This document shows, in pieces, positions 1 to 9,478 of a stretch of 64,000 bases of DNA. A program made the translations under genes and the position numbers. The number at the start of each line of letters is the position of its first letter. The first letter of the stretch is position 1. The stretch is from the IMG/VR virus record IMGVR_UViG_3300019758_000001, positions 2,597-66,596 of that record; one strand, written 5' to 3'. The notes under the pieces were generated by a model that ran no database searches, was not told the origin of the DNA, and saw only the letters and a program-made list of their open reading frames with translations. This DNA comes from a virus.

Positions 1-1
1 A

Positions 2-244
2 AGAGCAGTAGAGATTATACGTATTTGCCTAGAGGAATTAAAAACAGAGAAGTATGAGCAATCAAGAATAGGTCTGGCACGCATAGCTAATCAGGCTTTA
101 GATGTGATCGCTAGTGTAGATCCCCTTGCAAAGATTATGATCGATACTGGGAATGCTAAACGAACTAAGGACTGGTTGGAGTTGTGTGGTGAAACTGAAA
201 TGCAAGTCATGTCAACAATTATAGATGCAGATTGGAGAGTTTAG
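2..244 (+). CDS. Hypothetical protein, 5'-truncated by the window edge
   Basis: Open frame 2 (RAVEIIRICLEELK...DADWRV*), read manually. Confidence 0.55.
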   Translation, partial: RAVEIIRICLEELKTEKYEQSRIGLARIANQALDVIASVDPLAKIMIDTGNAKRTKDWLELCGETEMQVMSTIIDADWRV

Positions 245-246
245 GC

Positions 247-393
247 ATGAGGAATATAAGTGTGAGTTTCCTCGGAAGGGAACGAGGTAGTCTTGATGTG
301 TTTAGGGAAATAGTTGGCACTATGATAGTTAAGCACGGGCATACAGATAAGGATATAATTAGAATGGCGAGCGCAAATTACGAGATTGTGTAA
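247..393 (+). CDS. 48-aa hypothetical protein (copy 1; diverged copy at 63836-63982)
   Basis: MRNISVSFLGRERGSLDVFREIVG...NYEIV*. Confidence 0.55.
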   Translation: MRNISVSFLGRERGSLDVFREIVGTMIVKHGHTDKDIIRMASANYEIV

Positions 394-411
394 AAATTAA
401 AAGTTCGCACT
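247..411 (+). repeat. Direct repeat of 63836-64000 (341-411 identical to 63930-64000; 5' part diverged)
   Basis: Manual alignment, offset 63589; 17 substitutions in the first 94 nt. Confidence 0.95.
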
Positions 412-474
412 ATTCAGTTTTGTTCTTAATAATAAAAGCAGTAGATTTGAAATGTAATTAAAAATAAAGAAGAT

Positions 475-813
475 ATGAAAGTAGGAGATGATGTATATTT
501 AGAGCCATTAAATAATGCTGCAATACGCAGTAATGAGTCAATCAAAACGACAATCACTAAGATTGGAAGAAAGTATATAACAGTTGAGAAGTGGGATTGT
601 AAGTTTTTTAAAGATACTATGATGCATTTCAATGGTGATTATGGTGGTAATTACAGGCTTTATTTTTCAGAGCAAGACTTGTTGGATAAGCAGGAATCTG
701 TACAAATAAGTAGGGAGATTGGGTTTAGATTCAGTAATTATTTCGCAACACCTCAATTCAGCCTGAGTGCATTAAGACAAATAAAGGAAATTATTGATAA
801 TGATAAGATATGA
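475..813 (+). CDS. Hypothetical phage protein (small beta-barrel-like)
   Basis: ORF after TAGATTTG promoter (442-449) and A-rich leader. Confidence 0.75.
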   Translation: MKVGDDVYLEPLNNAAIRSNESIKTTITKIGRKYITVEKWDCKFFKDTMMHFNGDYGGNYRLYFSEQDLLDKQESVQISREIGFRFSNYFATPQFSLSALRQIKEIIDNDKI

Positions 814-1004
814 AATACTACCAAACAGAATACTCAGCAGGATCATTAGGTTCTCAAGGCGTTATTATAGCTGAGTCGCAGGAAGAGTTACTGCAAGAGT
901 TAGATAAAGTAGACTTGGCGTATATTGATTATATTAGAGCCGTAAAAGATATAGAGTACAAGGAATTAGAGCTCCCGATTCACGTATCATGGGATGAATG
1001 CTAA
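810..1004 (+). CDS. Hypothetical protein
   Basis: ATGA overlap with upstream gene. Confidence 0.7.
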   Translation: MKYYQTEYSAGSLGSQGVIIAESQEELLQELDKVDLAYIDYIRAVKDIEYKELELPIHVSWDEC

Positions 1005-1045
1005 TCTAGTTTGTTTCTTAATAAAACTATACCGATATTTACATC

Positions 1046-1246
1046 ATGAAAGTTAAAGTAAGCACAAAATACAGCATTTGCCCTGAGGTTCAATTAAGAG
1101 ATCGCGGATTTGAGGTCTGGTCGTGGGATTATGACATTAATTATATCACAATGGATATTACTGGCGATGAATCTAGACTACCTGAATGGGCTACGTTAAT
1201 CACTCCTGCCCTTTATAGTGGGAATAAAAAGAAAAAAATATGGTAA
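1046..1246 (+). CDS. Hypothetical protein
   Basis: ORF downstream of early-promoter repeat at 1006-1024. Confidence 0.65.
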   Translation: MKVKVSTKYSICPEVQLRDRGFEVWSWDYDINYITMDITGDESRLPEWATLITPALYSGNKKKKIW

Positions 1247-1455
1247 ATTATCACGACGCAGATCTTATTCCGATTCATATCAGGGATGGCTTTGACAGGT
1301 ATCACAAGCCGTATTTAGTTGAGTCTGGTGAGTACGGCTATTACGTGCAGCAACGGTGGGATTCTCTTGTTGATGAATATTGCGAAGAGTCGATACTTAA
1401 TAAGATTAACGAATTGGAAAGTAGATTGGATAATTATAAAAATAAGAGAAGATGA
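1240..1455 (+). CDS. Hypothetical protein
   Basis: Overlaps upstream stop; same strand as neighbours. Confidence 0.6.
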   Translation: MVNYHDADLIPIHIRDGFDRYHKPYLVESGEYGYYVQQRWDSLVDEYCEESILNKINELESRLDNYKNKRR

Positions 1456-1628
1456 AATACGAAAAAGGAAAAGCCTACCTATTAGACGGAAAGCACAAAG
1501 TAACACTAGTCCATTTCTGAGCTACGATGATTTTTTGTAAAGTACGAGATGAGGAAACTGGTGGTGAATGGGAAACAATGCTTGGGAGATTAACCGCTAT
1601 TTAGATTTGATCTTAACTTATTCCTGCT

Positions 1629-1636
1629 TATATTTG
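1629..1636 (+). promoter_or_regulatory. Bacteroidota sigma70 -7 element (TATATTTG)
   Basis: TAnnTTTG with TTTG about 20 nt upstream. Confidence 0.7.
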
Positions 1637-1660
1637 TAGGGAACTAATAAAACAAATGAT

Positions 1661-2029
1661 ATGAAAACACCAGATTTAAGAAAATGCGAAAAAGGAGATA
1701 TCCTAGTAACTGTACATGGGAATCCGCTAATTTACGTTGGTGCAATCAGACCCGAGCCATATCCACACGAAATCGCTTATCCAGACCCTAAAATGGGAAA
1801 TGGCAGCAGAACATGGGATGGACAGGTATTCTTGAAATCGAAATTGGAGGCTGATGAGGATGTTGCTTTTATTTTGAAAGAGTATTTGGGAGAAGAGTTG
1901 ATGTTTGAGTATTACGACAAGACATTGGAGAAGTGGGTATTTGACAGCGACTCTATTACTCCTGCCTTAATTAAAGCGAGTAATAATTTTAGATACATGA
2001 AAATACTACGAGATGAAAATGACAGCTAA
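1661..2029 (+). CDS. Hypothetical protein
   Basis: ORF directly after promoter. Confidence 0.75.
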   Translation: MKTPDLRKCEKGDILVTVHGNPLIYVGAIRPEPYPHEIAYPDPKMGNGSRTWDGQVFLKSKLEADEDVAFILKEYLGEELMFEYYDKTLEKWVFDSDSITPALIKASNNFRYMKILRDENDS

Positions 2030-2198
2030 AGATAAGGCATTACAACTAACTCTAGCGTTTGGTTACGACACGTATCTAGCACAAGAATGTGTTAAGCAAA
2101 TCACTTCTGCCCTTGAAGATTATGGACAAGGAACTGATGAGCTTCAGAATATGGATAGATTAATGGCGTATTGGGATGAAGTTTACGAAGAAATATAG
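2013..2198 (+). CDS. Hypothetical protein
   Basis: Overlapping operon ORF. Confidence 0.65.
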   Translation: MKMTAKDKALQLTLAFGYDTYLAQECVKQITSALEDYGQGTDELQNMDRLMAYWDEVYEEI

Positions 2199-2203
2199 AA
2201 TAT

Positions 2204-2551
2204 ATGAAAAATAAATTAGGAGTATCAGATTTTAACTTTAATGAGAATTCTTATTGGAGAAACGACAAGCAATACACGGTAAAAGACCTGATCGACTTAT
2301 CGAAGGATTTACCAGATATTAAGATTCCTTTATCCGTTATAGATCTCGGAATTATGCCTTGGGGCGAGCAATCCATTCACAGCTTAGCTTATCATATAAA
2401 AAGAATGAACGATGCAGATTTATCTCATCCAGTAATACTTGATGATATGGGATTTATTTGCGACGGGTGGCATAGGGTTTTAAAAGCAGTAGTCGCAGGT
2501 GATGAATTTATATACGGAAGAAGATTAACTACAATGCCAGAATCATGCTGA
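2204..2551 (+). CDS. Stand-alone ParB/Sulfiredoxin-like N-terminal domain protein
   Basis: ADLSHPVIL...ICDGWHRV (DGxHR motif). Confidence 0.75.
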   Translation: MKNKLGVSDFNFNENSYWRNDKQYTVKDLIDLSKDLPDIKIPLSVIDLGIMPWGEQSIHSLAYHIKRMNDADLSHPVILDDMGFICDGWHRVLKAVVAGDEFIYGRRLTTMPESC

Positions 2552-2710
2552 GACGATATTTCTACAAGAAACGCATAGCTCGACTCATAGAGCAAAAAGC
2601 TTGCGAGGTTCGAATCGCAGAGGGTATATTTAATTTCATACCAAGTAAGTATTACAGTCAAGCACTTTATGTCGCGAAAAAGCAATTAGAAACATTAAAA
2701 AAGTTAAGAG

Positions 2711-3313
2711 ATGAAAAATGAAATTAGAATTGACGGTATTTTATATCGTAAGGCTGAAGAGGCTGAGATTAAAGCAGGTGAATGGTGGTATCACAGTACT
2801 GGATCTGTAAATTTAATCCTAGAGGTTACTGACGATCACGGCGGAACAGTTAAATGTATGCCGACCTATGGAGATGGTAAGAATGCGTCATTCCATGGAG
2901 TATCCACGATGACTGACAGGGTTGATATTAAGGAAGTTGAGCGCCTACTTATCAGTCAGGCTGAGAAGAAAGGGTATAAGAAAGGGGTTAGTGTTAATGG
3001 GACGTATATAACCAATAGGCTAATTAGGTCTGAAGAGTTCAGTATTGAGGATTCAGGATTATATATGGATGATTTCTTAATTTTTAATAGCGAAACAGGC
3101 AGGTGGGTAGAAATTATCGAGGAGAAGAGGCCGCCTTACAATAATATTTTTGGTACTAAGTTTTTTGACGGTGATGAATTTTGGTGGGTAGGCCAAAAAG
3201 GGGAGATTACTATGGGTGATTCTTTCGACGACCAATGCCACACCAATAAAGCCTGTTTATTCATTGGGACTTGGCGCGAATGCCATAAGTGGATTTACGA
3301 TAATTGGAAATAA
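2711..3313 (+). CDS. Hypothetical protein
   Basis: 200-aa ORF in operon. Confidence 0.75.
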   Translation: MKNEIRIDGILYRKAEEAEIKAGEWWYHSTGSVNLILEVTDDHGGTVKCMPTYGDGKNASFHGVSTMTDRVDIKEVERLLISQAEKKGYKKGVSVNGTYITNRLIRSEEFSIEDSGLYMDDFLIFNSETGRWVEIIEEKRPPYNNIFGTKFFDGDEFWWVGQKGEITMGDSFDDQCHTNKACLFIGTWRECHKWIYDNWK

Positions 3314-3349
3314 AATCACAAAATACTTGCACGGTAATTATATTGGTAG

Positions 3350-3357
3350 TATATTTG
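3350..3357 (+). promoter_or_regulatory. -7 element TATATTTG with CTTG -33 box
   Basis: Consensus match and spacing. Confidence 0.7.
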
Positions 3358-3380
3358 CCGTGTAATCAAAACTAAAGAAG

Positions 3381-3758
3381 ATGAGAAAAAAAGAACTAAT
3401 AAAAGCCCTAAACGTATACACATTCAAAGACCTAACCATGCTTAAAGAGATATGTGAATGTCATTTAAGCCAAGGCAGGACAGCTAAAGTCGAAGAAGAT
3501 TGTGTCAGGATATTTAGTGAGGGTGGATGTCCATTATTCAAGCTCACAATGAAAGAAGCTCAATGGGTGTCTCGTAGGCCTAAGAATTTTGATAGCATTT
3601 CGAATAAATATCTTGAGAGGATGTATAAAGGTGGAGTGTATAATCGGATCGTAGGGGTTAATCCAGCAATGATGCAAATGGATAAACCTTATTCGTATAT
3701 TGATGAGGATGAGACATATAGACCAAGTATGAGTTTAAGTAAAGCTAACCCAAAATAA
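3381..3758 (+). CDS. Hypothetical protein
   Basis: ORF after promoter. Confidence 0.7.
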   Translation: MRKKELIKALNVYTFKDLTMLKEICECHLSQGRTAKVEEDCVRIFSEGGCPLFKLTMKEAQWVSRRPKNFDSISNKYLERMYKGGVYNRIVGVNPAMMQMDKPYSYIDEDETYRPSMSLSKANPK

Positions 3759-3768
3759 AAAGAAAGAT

Positions 3769-4281
3769 ATGAAATTTAAAAAAGGAGACAAGGTAAGAAT
3801 TAAGAGTTTAGAATGGTATAACACTAATAAGGATTCTAGTGGAGATATTGATTGTCAAGTTGGATTCGAGGAAGATATGCTTAAATATTTCGGATTAGAG
3901 ACTACTGTAACTTATGCTGATGGATCATACAGGGTAGATATTGATAATGGTAAGTGGTCTTGGGAGGATATGTTTTTCGAAGAGGACATTCCAGACAACA
4001 CGAAAAAATACGGGCAAAAGGATGAAGATATTATTACAATCTGCCAAAACCGAAACCTTTCATTCTGTTACGGTAATGCTCTGAAGTATGCAAAACGCAT
4101 TGCAATGGTAGCTGAAATGCCTGATGATGAACAGCATCTATATAAACATACTTATCATAAGGGTGGACAGTTAGACTTAGATAAGATGGAGGATTATATC
4201 AAAAGAGAGGCAGAAGTAGATTATGAGTCGGCTGAGTTCTTATTTGAGGAATGCATGGAGATCTTAGGGGATGTCGCATAA
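3769..4281 (+). CDS. DUF3310/SaV-like domain protein with N-terminal KOW/SH3-like segment
   Basis: NLSFCYGNALKYAKR resembles the DUF3310 FxxGNxxKY motif. Confidence 0.6.
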   Translation: MKFKKGDKVRIKSLEWYNTNKDSSGDIDCQVGFEEDMLKYFGLETTVTYADGSYRVDIDNGKWSWEDMFFEEDIPDNTKKYGQKDEDIITICQNRNLSFCYGNALKYAKRIAMVAEMPDDEQHLYKHTYHKGGQLDLDKMEDYIKREAEVDYESAEFLFEECMEILGDVA

Positions 4282-4433
4282 GCATACTTGGAACGTTCAA
4301 GTGATAAAAGGAAAGACTCTGTTAAAATTCCCGAATAAAGAAACGGGTGAGATGGAGTCTTATTTCGAAAAAGAGGCTACTTTAGGAGAAATGTTAATGA
4401 TGGTTAAGAAATCAATTTTAAAAAATAGAGAAG

Positions 4434-4820
4434 ATGAATGATAAAATTAAATGGTTTGGTAGATATTTAGGGTGTAAATGTTCAGTGCAAGGTGAGCGCG
4501 ACCCACTTAAACTTATAGGTGTGGATTCTGATAATGTTGCAGATTGGGCATGTTTCAAAAGCAAAGCCTTATTACCTCAAGTCGTTGACGATTGTGTTTT
4601 AATTCTAAAAGAGCTTAAGAATATAGGTAATGAGGATTTTGCTGAAATAAATAAATTAAGAAATAATATTCATGGAACAGACGACGTAGTGTTTGAAGAT
4701 AAGCATGAACTCTTACACTCGTGGCACTTCCTACCAGAAGAAGTAGACTTCCTGCGCTCCAAAGGTTACGCAATCGGAATCCCTAAAGAATATTATATTA
4801 CGGAGGATGAATTAAAATAG
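4434..4820 (+). CDS. Hypothetical protein
   Basis: ORF; LILKEL...DFLRSKGY pattern. Confidence 0.7.
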   Translation: MNDKIKWFGRYLGCKCSVQGERDPLKLIGVDSDNVADWACFKSKALLPQVVDDCVLILKELKNIGNEDFAEINKLRNNIHGTDDVVFEDKHELLHSWHFLPEEVDFLRSKGYAIGIPKEYYITEDELK

Positions 4821-4826
4821 AGAGAG

Positions 4827-5102
4827 ATGAAAAATGATATTGAAAGACTTAAGAGTGCTGTTGATTTATTAAAGTCAGCACTGGATGAAGACACATTAGA
4901 TTTATACGATTCGTGCGATGAGTCGAAATTCTACATTAGCATCGCTGGTTACATGAGTGGAGATTATCTTGATGTCTACTTCTCTAGCTACAGTCCTAAG
5001 TGGAATAATGAGATAGACTTAAGTATGTGTGTCACTGAATGTGTTCCAGAACTTGAAGTTTTACTGAGTGATTATTCAGATTTATTTACATACGAATCAT
5101 GA
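4827..5102 (+). CDS. Hypothetical acidic protein
   Basis: ORF in operon. Confidence 0.7.
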   Translation: MKNDIERLKSAVDLLKSALDEDTLDLYDSCDESKFYISIAGYMSGDYLDVYFSSYSPKWNNEIDLSMCVTECVPELEVLLSDYSDLFTYES

Positions 5103-5174
5103 AACCATATCTACAGAAAACAATTATGAACACATGGGACTTGATTGACAGAAAATCAGGTCGCATTATAACAC

Positions 5175-5456
5175 ATGACTACTATGGCATCGAAAGCAAG
5201 AATGATAGCAGCTCGCAAGGGTATGATCTCAAAGAAGAAACAGGAAGAAACAAAGAAGGGTGTGATATTTCGCCTAGAGAATCCTGATAATATCGAATAT
5301 AATGACACCTCTATTCTCTACTGCTCAAGTGTTTTGGGAAATTTAGTTTACTGCCCATGTCGAGGTAATGAGTTTATTATCAGTAAGTTTGAGGAGTATA
5401 AAATTAAAGAGGTGATATTAATTGTACTGAAAAACACTGGAGATGCTATCTTATGA
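5175..5456 (+). CDS. Hypothetical protein
   Basis: ATGA overlap with the primase-like gene. Confidence 0.55.
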   Translation: MTTMASKARMIAARKGMISKKKQEETKKGVIFRLENPDNIEYNDTSILYCSSVLGNLVYCPCRGNEFIISKFEEYKIKEVILIVLKNTGDAIL

Positions 5457-6352
5457 AAAAAGAAATAAATTACCACAGCTTATTCGAATCCCTACCTAGA
5501 GTGACTGGGCTTCCTTGGGTTCGTAAAGGTAGAAAGTATTACGGATCATTCTATCTTGATGGTACGAAACATCCCAGACGAGACAAGTCAGTGGCTTACA
5601 TGAAAGGAGATAAGATTGTATTAGTCGAGCAGGGTAAAGGTACGCAGGACTTATGGCAATTATTCTCGGATCGAGGAATAACGGATAAAGAAGTTGGAGA
5701 TTTCTTAAGAAGTGAATCTGACTCTAATTTCGTACCACCTCCATTTGTCGAACCAGAAGTTAAGTATGTATTCAGATCTTCAATGGATAAAACACTAGGG
5801 TTGCATTCTGACAATTTATTTATTTGGCTGTGCAGTTTATTCCCAAGAAAAGATGTAATCCAAACATATAATCTCTACAATGTCGGATCTATGTATAATG
5901 GAAACACTTGCTTTTGGATGATCGATGAGAAGCAAAATATCTGCCACGATAAGATAATGACTTACGATCCCAAGACTGGCAGTAGAGATAAAGGTAGATA
6001 TGGTAATGGTCGTAGATTCCAATATGATTTCGGATTTACTTCTACTCCTGCTTTTGGAGATCATCTTCTTGATAAATTCCACGGACAGAAAATTTATTGT
6101 GTCGAAAGCGAAAAAACAGCATTATTATTCTATTTAACATATAAGAAGTTGTGTATTGCAACATCAGGCTCGTCCTGCTTATATAAAGCAAAGCCAAACC
6201 ACACATTATTAGGCGATTACGATAAAGCAGGAGAGAATTGGTATAACTCTGGAGGTGTAAATTGGTGGGATCATTATGACGAAAAAGTAGAAGACGGTGA
6301 TGATATTGGTGATATTTTAGTAAAAAAAAGACTTAAAATCCTTGCAGGTTAG
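5453..6352 (+). CDS. Primase-like Toprim protein (DUF6371-type)
   Basis: CVESEKTAL and GDYDKAG Toprim motifs, DDIGD, AFGDHLL. Confidence 0.75.
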   Translation: MKKEINYHSLFESLPRVTGLPWVRKGRKYYGSFYLDGTKHPRRDKSVAYMKGDKIVLVEQGKGTQDLWQLFSDRGITDKEVGDFLRSESDSNFVPPPFVEPEVKYVFRSSMDKTLGLHSDNLFIWLCSLFPRKDVIQTYNLYNVGSMYNGNTCFWMIDEKQNICHDKIMTYDPKTGSRDKGRYGNGRRFQYDFGFTSTPAFGDHLLDKFHGQKIYCVESEKTALLFYLTYKKLCIATSGSSCLYKAKPNHTLLGDYDKAGENWYNSGGVNWWDHYDEKVEDGDDIGDILVKKRLKILAG

Positions 6353-6563
6353 GAAACTTATGTGTAGATTTGAATAAACAAAAACGAAAAAGATATGAAA
6401 AAAGAAGATTTAGTAATTGGTAAAGAGTATTACGGCACTGACGAGCCTGATTATATAATTGAGCTTACAGGTTTCGATGAAGATGGCGATCCTGAATTCG
6501 ATAAGCAGCTTGATTGCTGGTATATGGATACTTTTCTTAGATGTTTTAAACCTGTAGACTAAT

Positions 6564-6791
6564 ATGATAGACATAGAAGAAATATCGTCAGAAGACATGA
6601 TCGTAGAGTTAGACTTAAGAGGCGACACTCCCGTGGAGATAGAAATAGAATATGAAACCGAATATATCGAAACAATAGTGGAAGTTGAAAAGCCAATCCA
6701 TGATTTATACAGACATTTATGTGATATTTGCGAGGTTGGATATTACACCAGTAAAGAAGATATACTAATTAAATTAAAGGAGAAGATATAA
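6564..6791 (+). CDS. Hypothetical protein
   Basis: ORF in operon. Confidence 0.65.
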   Translation: MIDIEEISSEDMIVELDLRGDTPVEIEIEYETEYIETIVEVEKPIHDLYRHLCDICEVGYYTSKEDILIKLKEKI

Positions 6792-6792
6792 A

Positions 6793-7047
6793 ATGAGAGA
6801 AAAGTTTGATAAATTTTTAACTAAACACGGTATGAGGGAAGAGTTTACCACTGAGCTTACTGAGTGTGAAAAAACACCATACCGAACAATATCGGAACTG
6901 ATCGCAAAATGTGATGATGAGTCAGAATTAATTGCAGAGGCGTTCGTGTGGAAGTTGAATAACTGGGCTGTCATCGATAGAGAGTGGCGTATCGAATGTA
7001 ACACTAAAAAGCGTTTTTACTGTAAGGAGAAAGGGTTTGGGGTATGA
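6793..7047 (+). CDS. Hypothetical protein
   Basis: ORF in operon. Confidence 0.65.
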   Translation: MREKFDKFLTKHGMREEFTTELTECEKTPYRTISELIAKCDDESELIAEAFVWKLNNWAVIDREWRIECNTKKRFYCKEKGFGV

Positions 7048-7232
7048 AAATGAAAGTTAGCGTAGGAAGTGTTGAATTCACGGAAGAGAATGGCACTGAA
7101 TCCCAATTCGACATGGTTAAAGAGGCATTTATGGAAGGAACTAAACCTGTAATGTTTAATTTCAACAATGGCCCTGTGATAATTCACCCAGAATATTATA
7201 AGCTACATCCAATAACTATTACTAAAATATAG
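7044..7232 (+). CDS. Hypothetical protein
   Basis: ATGA overlap. Confidence 0.65.
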   Translation: MKMKVSVGSVEFTEENGTESQFDMVKEAFMEGTKPVMFNFNNGPVIIHPEYYKLHPITITKI

Positions 7233-7237
7233 AAAAG

Positions 7238-8470
7238 ATGAAAGAAGAGTTGAAACAGGTATTGAATCTCCCGAAATCGGGGAGGAAGGAAATATCAGAA
7301 CTTCTAGATATACCAGAAGGTAAGGCTAGAAACCTAGTCTTTATTAGGGATAACTACAGTGTGATATCTGAGGTTATGAGTGAAGAGACTCTTAAAATGG
7401 GTCAGAAGTTAGCAGCAAGCAAACAGAAGTTCCAAGACATTAATAGAATCGAAAGAAAGCTTTTTAGGGACGATATAAGGCTATATAATGCTTTATCCGA
7501 ACAAACCTTAGAGTTGACAAACTTATTAAAGCACGAGTCATTTAAAATAGCCACAAACCCATATTCTGAATCAAAGTCTGCACCACATGGTATTTTTCAC
7601 ATTTCAGATCCGCACGGTAACGAGCTTGTATCGCTTCCGCACAATATGTACGACTTTACAATCATGTCGAAACGTGTAGAGAAGCAAGTTAAGGAGTCGA
7701 TTAAGTACTTTAAATCTGATAATGTGACTAACGTAACTGTCTGTATGACAGGAGATATGCTTAATTCTGACAGAAGAAAGGACGAAATTGTTGCGATGGC
7801 TACGAACAGATCATGTGCTCAATTCTTAGTTGCTCAAATCTATATCAATGCGATGCTAGAACTTAATCAGCATTTCAATATCTTCTGCTCTTATGCGGAT
7901 GGCAATGAATCTAGAGTTGGCGAACATATTGGATTTGAAGACACAATCGCATCTGACACTTATGATACTGCAATTTACAATATCTGTAGGATGATGCTTG
8001 ATGATAAAAAGGGCTTTACCTTTGATGACCGACTAGGAGCTAAGAAAGTAATCTCTGTAAATGGACAGAAAGTGCTTTTAATACACGGCCACCAGAAGTT
8101 TGGAGGCGATCCAACAGCAGCAGTTGGTAAGTTGGTTGCTCAATATGCAAAACAAGGAATCAACCTTAGATATGTATTGTTTGGACACCTACATCAAGCG
8201 GTAATTAGTGAGCTTTTTGCAAGATCTGGAAGTACAGTTGGTGCAAATGCATATAGCGAGGATGGATTAGGATTATCAAGTAGAGCAAGCCAGAACGCAT
8301 ATAAGGTTTGGGCTGATGGTAGAATTGATGGTACAATGATTGACCTTCAGGATTATTCGGAATATTTAGGCTATCCAATTCAAAAAGAGCTGGAAATGTA
8401 CAATGTCAAATCAGCATCTAAAGTGAAAGGTGTTAGTATTTACGAAACAGTATTAAGTAATTTGCATTAA
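7238..8470 (+). CDS. Calcineurin-like metallophosphoesterase with N-terminal HTH/coiled coil
   Basis: ISDPH, GDML, GNE, IHGH and FGHLH motifs. Confidence 0.85.
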   Translation: MKEELKQVLNLPKSGRKEISELLDIPEGKARNLVFIRDNYSVISEVMSEETLKMGQKLAASKQKFQDINRIERKLFRDDIRLYNALSEQTLELTNLLKHESFKIATNPYSESKSAPHGIFHISDPHGNELVSLPHNMYDFTIMSKRVEKQVKESIKYFKSDNVTNVTVCMTGDMLNSDRRKDEIVAMATNRSCAQFLVAQIYINAMLELNQHFNIFCSYADGNESRVGEHIGFEDTIASDTYDTAIYNICRMMLDDKKGFTFDDRLGAKKVISVNGQKVLLIHGHQKFGGDPTAAVGKLVAQYAKQGINLRYVLFGHLHQAVISELFARSGSTVGANAYSEDGLGLSSRASQNAYKVWADGRIDGTMIDLQDYSEYLGYPIQKELEMYNVKSASKVKGVSIYETVLSNLH

Positions 8471-8475
8471 AAATC

Positions 8476-8506
8476 AGAAAGGGTGTCGTAACGGCATCCT
8501 TTTCTT
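8476..8506 (+). terminator. Intrinsic terminator
   Basis: AGAAAGGGTGTC-GTAAC-GGCATCCTTTTCT hairpin with T tract. Confidence 0.75.
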
Positions 8507-8518
8507 AAAACAAATAAG

Positions 8519-8833
8519 ATGATAATAGAATTAAAAGAGATTACCCTGAAAATGGGAGAAGAGTTTAAATCAGTAAGTTACCCTGAAGATGGGGTTTATT
8601 TCGTAACAGCATCCCCAAACAACAAGGATCAATCTGCAACCACAAGTATTGTTATGGTTGAAAACGGAGGCATTGCTCTTGGTGGTATTAGCAGAAAAAC
8701 TATAGAGTCTCAGTACGCTCCAAAACCAGAAACTGTAGAAGTTGAGAAGGAGGTGGTAATTAAAGAAATTGGAGGTATTACTGAAGCGACTTTACTTGAG
8801 GCAATGCGAATCGCAGCAGGAACGAAAAAGTAG
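8519..8833 (+). CDS. Hypothetical protein
   Basis: Last ORF of the + strand block. Confidence 0.7.
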   Translation: MIIELKEITLKMGEEFKSVSYPEDGVYFVTASPNNKDQSATTSIVMVENGGIALGGISRKTIESQYAPKPETVEVEKEVVIKEIGGITEATLLEAMRIAAGTKK

Positions 8834-9002
8834 ATTTGCCACCCTCAAAATAAAGTTGTATATTGCAAGTATTACAATACATCTTTTCTTTACTTTTCTT
8901 TTTTTTAGCCATCGGGATTCCTTCTCGGTGGTTTTTTTGTGCTCACATCTGGCGTGTAGACATAAAAAAGCCCAGCTCAATTAAGAACTGGGATTAGCTT
9001 TG

Positions 9003-9323
9003 TTACGGCATTGCGTTTTTCAACAACTCTGAAGATACACCTCTCCGTATATTATTACATTTTTCAATAGTCTCGACTGGATCGTAAAATTCAACACCTT
9101 TTTTTCTGATTTTCTGTAGCTTATATCCATTATGCCCCATCCACCATAAGAAATAGTCTATTGTGAATACGTGAGCATCTACCCAATTAACATCTTCAAG
9201 AACTTTAGTCTCTCCATCTTTCCATTGCCCATAAATAGCTTTGAATAAATCTTTTTGATCGTGGAAATCTTTCATAAAATCAGGCAGATGTTCGCCACCA
9301 TTCATGTACGTTTTTGTATTCAT
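9003..9323 (-). CDS. Hypothetical phage protein
   Basis: HLPDFMKDFHDQKDLFK...FLWWMGHNGY; start adjusted to ATG at 9323. Confidence 0.75.
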   Translation of the reverse strand: MNTKTYMNGGEHLPDFMKDFHDQKDLFKAIYGQWKDGETKVLEDVNWVDAHVFTIDYFLWWMGHNGYKLQKIRKKGVEFYDPVETIEKCNNIRRGVSSELLKNAMP

Positions 9324-9478
9324 ATCTTCTTTTATTTTAGTTTCCTCAAACCTAATCATTATATTCCTAACGACCAAACTTTTGAGCACAAAAAAAAGCG
9401 ACCCTCTCAGATCGCTCGTGATATCCACTAACCTATTCCAGTGTGATATCCTATATGTAATGTACAAAATATTTACGA

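Noticed and set aside
247-411. Diversity-generating retroelement TR/VR pair with 63836-64000
   Set aside because: Mismatches are not restricted to adenines in either copy, and no reverse transcriptase is encoded
2572-2620. tRNA-looking stretch (TAGCTC...AGAGCA...GGTTCGAATC)
   Set aside because: No acceptor or anticodon stem; lies inside a plausible 58-aa ORF (about 2545-2721)
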